This document shows positions 1 to 8,622 of a stretch of DNA of 64,000 bases, piece after piece. Below the pieces are notes generated by a model. That model made no database searches. It was given only the letters and a program-made list of their open reading frames with translations, and was not told the DNA's origin. The stretch spans positions 1 through 64,000 of the forward strand of contig CAWJWJ010000001.1 in the NCBI GenBank assembly GCA_963846575.1. Direction: 5' to 3'. The position numbers and the translations under genes are program-made. Numbering within the stretch: the first letter of the stretch is position 1; every line of letters begins with the position of its first letter. Origin of the DNA: an uncultured Nitrospiraceae bacterium (lineage in GTDB: Bacteria > Nitrospirota > Nitrospiria > Nitrospirales > Nitrospiraceae).

Positions 1-495
1 TACTTCGGGAGTCGAGAGAGTCAAACGATGCTCCGTGTCTATGACAAACGCCTAGAGCTCCAGGCCAGAGGCCGAGAAGACGCGGGCTTGTACGGCGTCC
101 GATGGGAACTGGAATTCAAACAGGATCGCGCCCAAGCCTGCGCGAAGGCCCTCCTCACGCTCGATCCGGAAGATTGGCGGGCCTTCTTAGTCGGCGTGCT
201 GCGTTCCTATGTGGATTTCCGAGAAACCACCCGAGAGGCGGAATCCTATGAAAAGTATCGAGCGCCGTTGGTGAGCTGGTGGAAAGCCCTCACCGAAGGC
301 TTTATGCGATGCCGACTCGTCGTCGAACGCATCCAGCAACGCCTTGATGACGTGGCCGCCTGGCTGGCGAATGCGATCAGTCCTATGTTGGCGGTGGTGG
401 TCGCCTGTCGAGGGGATCAGTTTCTGTTCGAGATGATCTATGCAGGTACCAAACGATGGACACAGAAGCACTATGCGTTGCTGAAAGCAGCGTAA
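1..495 (+). CDS. Rolling-circle replication initiation protein (Rep_trans family), 5'-truncated by window
   Basis: Frame 1 is open from base 1: YFGSRESQTMLRVYDK...RWELEFK, matching the YxGS...R.YDK...RxExE signature of Rep_trans. Confidence 0.85.
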   Translation, partial: YFGSRESQTMLRVYDKRLELQARGREDAGLYGVRWELEFKQDRAQACAKALLTLDPEDWRAFLVGVLRSYVDFRETTREAESYEKYRAPLVSWWKALTEGFMRCRLVVERIQQRLDDVAAWLANAISPMLAVVVACRGDQFLFEMIYAGTKRWTQKHYALLKAA

Positions 496-509
496 GCGAG
501 GGACCCCCT

Positions 510-730
510 ATGTCCTTAGAGTTTCATAACGGATCGTGGCGACGCATGTGTCCAGGATGTGGAACCAGAGGTTGTCGGTGCAAGTGGGTACAAGGCGCCC
601 TGTATCTGAGCTGTACGGCATGCGATTCGGAATTCTGTCTTAGGCCAAAAGCCCGGTCCGAAGGCCGGGGCGTGTGGGTCAGGCGCTTGGCTGACTCGAA
701 TTCATTCATATTGAGGAGGGTCGACGATGC
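510..730 (+). CDS. Small Cys-rich putative Zn-ribbon protein (end uncertain)
   Basis: ATG 510 after GAGGG; CPGCG and CTACD motifs. Confidence 0.4.
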
Positions 731-991
731 AAGTCAAAGCGGAGGGTGCGGTGCAGGGGTATGTGGAACGGAGGAGCCGGGGAGGGGGAGGTCTACCGAT
801 CGGTGGACTTCTATGTGAAGGGCCGAGATCCGGGGGTGCTTCGATTGGGGATTCCGGACGATCAGATGCCTTGATCGACGTCTGCAAGCAAGCCGAGGGG
901 AAGCAGGCGAAGTGCGTCGATCGAAGTGCGGAAGTTCGAACAGACGGGCGGCGTCTTCTTCGATTTGTACGGATTGGAAGTCTTGAAATAA
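727..991 (+). CDS. Putative ssDNA-binding protein (pV-like), frameshifted in this sequence
   Basis: GAGGAGG RBS; joined frames read MQVKAEGAVQGYVERR..VYRSVDFYVKGRDPGVLRLGIP..IEVRKFEQTG..FFDLYGLEVLK*; ~87 aa beta-rich protein in the canonical position after rep. Confidence 0.55.
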
Positions 992-1011
992 CGGCAGAGG
1001 GAGGAAGGCCA

Positions 1012-1087
1012 GTGGATCTCACCATTATTCTCGTGGCGGTCTTGTTACTGGCCTTCCTCGCCGGGCCTTGGAGTCGGACGGATGTGA
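1012..1087 (+). CDS. Tiny single-TM minor coat protein candidate (pVII/pIX-like)
   Basis: GGAGGAAGG RBS, GTG start, MDLTIILVAVLLLAFLAG...; one apparent indel. Confidence 0.45.
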
Positions 1088-2348
1088 AGGTGATGTCGCT
1101 CATGACGTATCTCGGTTTGTCTGGGCCTTTCGTCTCACTTGTGCGTGGCGCCGGGTGAAGCCTTCGCCATAACCGCAGACGCAGTATTCGAGGGTGGTCG
1201 CTCAAGCCGAACGCATTGCCTACCTGGCCGCACACGGTCCGCGCTCGCCGGTCAGGTCGCCTCAGCTGCGTGGCGCCCTCTGCCGCCTCGTTGGCCGTCC
1301 GCATGGTCGCCGGCCCGGTTGGCTGGGCGGCCCTCGGTGTGGGGGCGGGTTTGGTCCTGGCTCAGATGTATTACTCACAATCCGACCTCTCGGCAATCAA
1401 GTCGGCGGCCTCGACGCCGGGCGGCTGGCAAGTCACGAGCAGCAATGCCGGCATGCAGACCTTTCCGGGTCTGGGGACGAATACTCCGGCAATCCCGGTT
1501 ATCCCAACGCGAGCATTCAATTCAGCGCGACCAATGTCCCGCTCTGTGCGGTCGATTCAGAATATCAGCATGATTGGATGGTCGGGACCGTTTCAGAGCA
1601 TCAGCACGGCCGTGTACTTCTCCGGCAACTTCTTCGTCAATGGCCCGCCGGTCGGGGGACACAGCCTCTATGTCTGCCATCGAAAGGGCATCCCGGGTGA
1701 GCCTGCTCCCCTGCAAGAGCCTCCACTCCGCCGACGCAGCAGCAGGCGGCTAACTATGTTCGGGGCCTACCGGCGAAGTCGATCCGAAGTCCATCGAAGC
1801 CCATACGAATCCCGTCGGGACCACGGGCACGACCCAACCGGCGGACAACACCGTCTCGCAGCCGGTCTCGCCGAGTGAGATGCCGACCACGGTCAAACCG
1901 AAGCCGGTGCCTGCCGGGGATATCTCGTGGTCGACAACGTCCCCCCTCCGGCCAGTACGCCGCAGCAGAACACGCAACAGCAAACCACGACGACGACCAC
2001 GACCACGACCCAGAATCCCGACGGCTCGACGACGCAACAGGAAGAAACCCAGGCCACCACGTCCTGTACGGCCGGGGCACATGAAAACCGGACTTTCGGG
2101 ACCGTTCTGCAAGCGCATCAAACCATCTGGGCGACGAGCGGCTGCTCAGTACGCTGAATCTCCTCAAGTCCCTCACCTGGCCCTCGACCTTGCCGGTGAT
2201 TGCGCTGCCGTCAGCGTTCTTCGGCAGCCAGCACGTGGATTTCAATCAATGGGCCTGGTTCTTCACGGTGCTCCGCACATTGGTCATCGCGCCGCGTCCA
2301 TTGCCGCCTACCGCATCATTTTTGTCGGGAGGCCAGACCAGCTCATGA
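1085..2348 (+). CDS. pIII-like adsorption/minor coat protein, multiply frameshifted; boundaries approximate
   Basis: Pieces in ORFs 1194, 1216 and 1927: signal-like N-terminus, GPVGWAALGVGAG, Pro/Thr-rich linker (QQQTTTTTTTTTQNPDGSTT), C-terminal ..VDFNQWAWFFTVLRTLVI..ASIAAYRIIFVG anchor. Confidence 0.65.
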
Positions 2349-2622
2349 CCGCTATTCTGACGCTCATCTATTGCTGGCTGCAGGAGTTCTTCTTCTCCCT
2401 CACCGATTGGGGACTCGGGCATCTTGGGACTCCCTGCTCTCCGTGGCGGACAGCACGCTCGCGACCCTCGGCACGGCAGGCCTCACCCTGCCGGTGATTC
2501 CGGATCAGTACGCGTGGGTGCTGGGCGCGACGGGCATGAGTCAGGCGCTGGCCATCGTGGCGAGCGCCATGGGGACGCGGTTCATTCTGCAGACCATTCC
2601 GTTCGTCCGGTGGGGCTCATGA
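2345..2622 (+). CDS. pVI-like minor coat protein, one frameshift
   Basis: MTAILTLIYCWLQEFFFSLTDWG..WDSLLSVAD..YAWVLGATGMSQALAIVASAMGTRFILQTIPFVRWGS*; ~92 aa hydrophobic protein between pIII-like and Zot genes. Confidence 0.7.
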
Positions 2623-2706
2623 ACCAGCTCGTGATCGGGCTGGGCCTATGCCTGGACCGTCGTCTTAGCCCTGTGGATCTGGGTGTATCTCAGGAGTCTT
2701 CGATGA
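2619..2706 (+). CDS. Tiny hydrophobic peptide, coupled to both neighbours
   Basis: ATGA overlaps at both ends; reconstructed MNQLVIG.WAYAWTVVLALWIWVYLRSLR*. Confidence 0.35.
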
Positions 2707-3710
2707 TCGAACTGTATGAAGGCGTGCCAGGCTCGGGCAAGTCGTATCACGCGATCTGCGAGAAGTTCCTGCCCTGGGTGAGGCAAGGCCGGCGACTCTA
2801 CATCGCGGTCGATGGGATCTATCTGGATCGGCTGGCGCTGTTCACCGGCATCGAACTTGCCGACGCTCGAACAGCAGATCACGATCTGGAAGGATTCCGT
2901 GGAAGTCCTGCAGGCCTTTCCCCATGTCGAACCGGGCTCAGCCGTCATTATCGACGAAGCGCAAACCGTGTTTCGGTCGATGCAGAAGGTGGAGCCAGGT
3001 CTCCTCCGCTGGCTCGAAACGCATCGGCATTACGGCGTGGATATTCTGCTCATGAGCCAGGACTTTCGCCAGATGTCGCAAGGCGTCACCCGGCTGATTG
3101 AAGCGACGGTGAAGTTTCGCAAGCTGGCCTTTGTGGGTCTCGCGAAAAAGTATCAGGGCAAGGTGCGGGGGAACCCGGAAGACCACGAAGTCATCCGGGC
3201 CTTCGTCGGGACCTACTCGCCGGCCATCTATGCCTACTATTCGAGTTACGCGTCGGCAGCGATCCGAGAAGAGAAACGCAGCCATACCGTCTTCAAGTCG
3301 GCGCGGGTGGCGATCGGTATTGCGGTGGGCTGTTTGCCATGTGGCCTCATGGTCTGGCGGCCCTGGTCGTCGCTGGGCAGCACGAAGGGAGCTGCCGGCA
3401 ACAGCGGAGTCACCGCACGACTGACTCTCTTGCCCTCGGCATCGGCGCCGGGCAGTCTGCGTGAATCCCTTGGGCGCGTCGATCCCCTGTAGCCGACATC
3501 CCGTCACTTCCCAAACGCCCCGTGCGCATTCTCGGCGGCGCCGGCACGTCGTCGAATCGTCAGGGCTGGCGCTATCTCTTGGACAGCGGGGAGATCCTCA
3601 CGGCGGCTCAGATCACGGGACGGTATGGCGTCGTCGTGTCGGAAGTCTATGAGGAGGGGTCGATGCGGCTGATCGGCGAAGGAGTGTTCTATGGACCCGC
3701 CGGCGATTGA
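2703..3710 (+). CDS. Zot-like / pI morphogenesis ATPase, frameshifted
   Basis: MIELYEGVPGSGKS (Walker A), VIIDEAQ (Walker B), ETHRHYGVDILLMSQ motif, then a TM segment; ORFs 2424, 2812 and 3522 join. Confidence 0.9.
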
Positions 3711-3711
3711 G

Positions 3712-3795
3712 ATGATGACTTACTTCACGGCGATCTTCTGGCTCGGTGGTTTTGCCGTCGGCCTGATCATCAAGTTGATTCTGCCTCAGCACTGA
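3712..3795 (+). CDS. Tiny single-TM protein (minor coat candidate)
   Basis: Intact 27-aa ORF MMTYFTAIFWLGGFAVGLIIKLILPQH* directly after the Zot stop. Confidence 0.5.
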   Translation: MMTYFTAIFWLGGFAVGLIIKLILPQH

Positions 3796-3875
3796 GCTAC
3801 TGAGGCGCTCGACCGTCGGCGAGGATTCCGGCGGCGTGGGTGGACGTGACCACCAACAGCACAAGGAGGTGCGGT

Positions 3876-4089
3876 ATGAAGGGATGGGGTTGGGTCGAAG
3901 GGGCTTGGGGGCGTGCTCATGGCGTTCGTGTTCGCCCTGGGCGTCCCGGCGCTGTCGCAGGCGCAGTTGTTTCCGGTGTCGGCGGATGTGGCCACGGTGC
4001 GGGCCGATCTGCTCTTGTGGGCCACGGCCCTGATCGGCGTGGCGCTGGCGATCTACGCCTTTAAGCGCGTGCGCGCGATTGTGGGCTAG
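3876..4089 (+). CDS. Major coat protein (pVIII-like) with signal peptide, one extra base near the 5' end
   Basis: AAGGAGGT RBS; MKGWG..GGVLMAFVFALGVPALSQA / QLFPVSADVATVRADLLLWATALIGVALAIYAFKRVRAIVG*: leader, amphipathic N-terminus, TM, basic C-terminus. Confidence 0.8.
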
Positions 4090-4102
4090 GAAGAGCCCGA
4101 TC

Positions 4103-4133
4103 GAGGCAGGCTGGCAGCAGCCTGCCTCCTTTT
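4103..4133 (+). terminator. Intrinsic terminator after the major coat gene
   Basis: GAGGCAGGCTG-gcag-CAGCCTGCCTC (perfect 11-bp stem) followed by CTTTT. Confidence 0.75.
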
Positions 4134-4180
4134 CTCGCATCAAGACAGGATCAGATGGGACCGGCAAAGGAGTTGCACGG

Positions 4181-4309
4181 ATGACGGCGCAACAGATTCA
4201 AAACATCGGGAACGCGTTGGCCACCGACCTGGTCGCCTGGGGCACGGCCGCGATCGGGCTCGCCTTGGTAGCCGCCGGAGCGGCCTGGGTGTTGCGGCTG
4301 CTCCGCTAG
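4181..4309 (+). CDS. Second, leaderless major-coat-like protein (42 aa)
   Basis: AAGGAG RBS; MTAQQIQNIGNALATDLVAWGTAAIGLALVAAGAAWVLRLLR*; shares DLxxWxTAxIGxAL with the preceding coat protein. Confidence 0.65.
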   Translation: MTAQQIQNIGNALATDLVAWGTAAIGLALVAAGAAWVLRLLR

Positions 4310-4809
4310 GCGCCAGGCCAGCCCTGGTCGGCGAAGCTGTAGTAGCGGTCTTCAGCGAGGATGAGATGGTCCAGCAGCGGAATGCCGAACAGATCGGCCG
4401 CTTCGCGCAGCCGTGTGGTCAGGACGCGATCTTCGGGGCTGGGCGTGATGTCGCCAGAGGGGTGGTTGTGCGCAGCAAATCCAGGCGCCGGCATTCATCA
4501 GGATCAGCGGTTTGAAGACTTCGCGGGGATGGACAATGGCCAGGGTGAGCGACCCGGTGGACACCACGTTGATGCCGATAAGCCGATGCTTCGCATCCAG
4601 GCCACAGACCAGGAACTGTTCCCGGTCCAGACCGGCGAACAACGGACGCAGGAGCTCCGCAGCGCCCTCCGACGTCGTGATGGACTCCGCGCGGGAATGG
4701 CACGGCCCTCGCGCACGAGCGTGACACGGTACCGAGGCACTCCGTAGCGGGATGTCGGGCTCAGTGGCCGTCCACCGTTCGAGGAACCGAGAGAGCTATC
4801 AACGGCCAT
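4306..4809 (-). CDS. radC: RadC-like JAB/MPN domain protein, two apparent frameshifts
   Basis: DREQF..VHPREVFK..AHNHPSGDITPSPED..LLDHLI motifs; AGGAGG RBS before ATG at 4809. Confidence 0.9.
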
Positions 4810-5053
4810 GTGCGCCTCCTTCTTCATTGCTATGTAGCCCCACCCTTCACACACCGAGGGTGGGGCGTAGAAGAAGAGGCGGCACGGGGCTCTCGCAGCG
4901 GGCAGGCCTGGACGAACGGACGGGAAGGCCTGACCCCTGCTCTCCAGCCACGAGACGCACCAGAATGGAAACGTTTTCTGAGTCTGTTTTCGATGAAATC
5001 ACCAGACCAATGAGTGCACGGGATGTTGAGGGCCTTCACGATTGGAACTAGCC

Positions 5054-5380
5054 ATGCAGATGTTGTTGACCGTCAAAGAAGTATCCGGATGGCTGAACGT
5101 CAAGCAGTCCACGCTCTACCTGTGGGTGTCACGGGGCAAGATTCCCTATCGTCGATTGAACGGACTGATCCGCTTCGAAACCCCTGCCATCCAGGCTTGG
5201 TTGGATGGATCGCCCCGCCCCCATTCGCCCGTGTCGTTTGGCCGGCGCCCCCAATTCCAAACAGTCGATGCGATCATTGAAGCCGCCAAACGCGAGGTCT
5301 ATACTCCCCGCCACGGGGAAACCAGACCGAAATCAGGCCTCATCGGAAAGGAGGAGCAGGATGGGGCTCACGAAGCGTAA
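5054..5380 (+). CDS. Excisionase-like HTH (HTH_17) protein
   Basis: LLTVKEVSGWLNVKQSTLYLWVSRGKIPYRRLNGLIRF; directly upstream of the integrase. Confidence 0.85.
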   Translation: MQMLLTVKEVSGWLNVKQSTLYLWVSRGKIPYRRLNGLIRFETPAIQAWLDGSPRPHSPVSFGRRPQFQTVDAIIEAAKREVYTPRHGETRPKSGLIGKEEQDGAHEA

Positions 5381-6442
5381 TGATGTATGGTGGATGAGTT
5401 TCATGTATCAGGGCCGGCAAGTTCGTCGAAGCACCGGGACGAGCAAGAAGCAATTGGCCGAAGCCATCTTATGCCAAGGTGAAGGTCCAGATTGCCGAAG
5501 GTCAGTTTTTCGAGCGGCGTGAGGAACAGGAGCGCACGTTTCAAGGAGCTGATGGAACGGTACGTCGCGGAACGAGCCACCCTGAAAGCGGTCAAAAGCC
5601 GTTTGCGCGATCATGCCGCGCTGGGACATCTCCTCCCTGTGTTGGGAGAGAAAGTCTTAGCCCACGATCACGCCGAAGGTGATGGCCAGCTACAAGGCGC
5701 AGCGTCGGATAGAACGAGCGGCTCCAGCCACGATCAACAAGGAGCTGCAGCTTGTCCGGCATGCCTTCAACCTGGCCATGCGGGAATGGGAATGGTGCCG
5801 GGAAAACCCGATGCACCGGGTCTCCATGGAACAGGTGAGGAATGAAGTGGACCGTTGGCTGACGGCCGAGGAAGAAGACCGTCTCATGGCCGTGTCGTCA
5901 CCCTGGCTTCGAGAGATCATCGGTCTTTGCCCTTAATACCGGGCATGCGGCAAGGCGAGATCCTGAACCTGCAATGGCAGGATGTGGATTTCTACGCGGG
6001 GAACCCTGATCGTGATGAAGAGCAAGAACGGCACACGCCGCACCATTCCCCTTGAACACCACGGTCTATGAACTCCTGGCCGCGAAACAGGCCGCGAGCC
6101 GGACGTCATCGTGGACCGGTGTTCAAGACGCCGCTCGGCAATCTCCTCCAGGTGCGGTTTCTGGTGCGGGAGTTTTGTGAGGCGCGCGATCGGGCCGGAA
6201 TTCCGGATTTCCGCTTTCACGACATGCGGCACACGTTCGCCACGCGATTGGTGCAACGCGGGGTCGATCTCTACAAGGTCCAACGGCTGCTCGGTCATAA
6301 GACCGGTATGATGACGCAACGCTATGCGCATCATTCGCCGGAGAGCTTGAGAGACGGTGTGAAGGTGCTGGATGAGTGCCAACCGCAGCGAGTTAGCACA
6401 AATTTAGCACAAGGGGCGGTTTCTGAAGATTTCGAGGCGTGA
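5361..6442 (+). CDS. Tyrosine recombinase/phage integrase, multiply frameshifted
   Basis: Joined frames give GMRQGEIL, SKNG, FRFHDMRHTFA, LLGH and TQRYAH, so all catalytic motifs are present; GGAGGAG RBS. Confidence 0.92.
6393..6412 (+). repeat. Direct repeat TTAGCACAA x2, candidate integrase arm-type site
   Basis: 6393-6401 and 6404-6412, ~60 nt from the tRNA 3' end. Confidence 0.45.
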
Positions 6443-6468
6443 ATGCTTCGTAAGTCATTGATTTTAGA

Positions 6469-6544
6469 TGGTGAGTCGGCTGGGATTCGAACCCAGGACC
6501 CTCGCCTTAAAAGGGCGATGCTCTACCAGCTGAGCTACCGACTC
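6469..6544 (-). tRNA. tRNA-Lys(UUU); probable integration target
   Basis: GAGTCGGTAGCTCAGCTGGTAGAGCA-TCGCC-CT-TTT-AA-GGCGA-GGGTCCTGGGTTCGAATCCCAGCCGACTCACCA, 76 nt with encoded CCA. Confidence 0.97.
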
Positions 6545-6655
6545 TCCTGAACACTTATAAAACACATCGTCTCGCGCATGGCGCGACGGGGGATCATACC
6601 ACCGATGCTTGATAGTTCGCTATGGCAGCGATGTCGGAAGAATATTCTTTGTACG

Positions 6656-8058
<1,403 letters not shown>

Positions 8059-8060
8059 TC

Positions 8061-8089
8061 ATGGTAGGACCCGTCTCTCGGTTTGTCAA
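8061..8089 (-). promoter_or_regulatory. sigma-70 promoter for purA
   Basis: TTGACA-17 nt-TACCAT on the minus strand. Confidence 0.7.
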
Positions 8090-8300
8090 GCTAGGTTTTC
8101 TCATTCTGCCAATCCATCCATGAGATACGACCACCCGGCAACTACCCTTTGCTCACTAGCCATCTCTCGACACTCCCCTGCGATCGTGACAATCAGCAGT
8201 TCTGGGCAGACTTACCCATCTATCCGGACACACGCGTACCTGAAAATACTGCGCGCCACCTCCGAAGCCTGCGGGGATGATTGAAATCTCAAGCCTTTTC

Positions 8301-8330
8301 TTGACTGAGAAAAACAGGCCGTGCTAGATT
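8301..8330 (+). promoter_or_regulatory. sigma-70 promoter candidate for tRNA-Ala
   Basis: TTGACT-18 nt-TAGATT with an extended TG. Confidence 0.45.
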
Positions 8331-8397
8331 GCAGAGTTACATCTGCAGCGGTTGCCTTTTTTTCCGTGCCTGTGCACATGTAAATGCAAGCCTGTGT

Positions 8398-8473
8398 GGG
8401 GCTGTGGCGCAGTTGGGAGCGCGCGTGAATGGCATTCACGAGGTCGCCGGTTCAATCCCGGCCAGCTCCACCA
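8398..8473 (+). tRNA. tRNA-Ala(GGC)
   Basis: GGGGCTG..CAGCTCC-ACCA acceptor with G3:U70; anticodon arm CGTGA-AT-GGC-AT-TCACG; GGTTCAATCCC T arm. Confidence 0.96.
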
Positions 8474-8622
8474 AACAACGCTTGCTCGAGAACACTCCGA
8501 CTGTGTGCGGGATGCCTCCTCACATAGGCCTATGCCGACCGCGCTTAACAAGCGGACGCTGACAGGCCATGACGGCGGCCCTGTCGAACTTTTCACCCAA
8601 TAATACACACTACTCGTAATCC

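Larger units (their letters stand above)
1..6468 (+). mobile_element. Integrated filamentous (inovirus-like) prophage, right part; left end lies outside the window
   Basis: Co-oriented Rep_trans initiator, SSB, small single-TM genes, pIII/pVI-like genes, Zot-like ATPase, major-coat-like genes, xis and a tyrosine integrase ending 27 nt from the 3' end of a tRNA. Confidence 0.9.

Noticed and set aside
727..1158. 143-aa ORF in the supplied track
   Set aside because: It appears to be a chimera of SSB, micro-TM and pIII fragments joined by indels; internal RBSs support separate genes
1985..2010. ACGACG/ACCACG short tandem repeat as a contingency locus or array
   Set aside because: It is in-frame poly-Thr coding sequence with no spacer structure
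1880..2497. Arg-rich 205-aa ORF (RRRPRPRPR)
   Set aside because: It is the shifted-frame reading of the ACG/ACC Thr-codon run in the pIII-like linker
2703..3710. Zot as an enterotoxin
   Set aside because: The gene context indicates the phage assembly ATPase; nothing supports a toxin function
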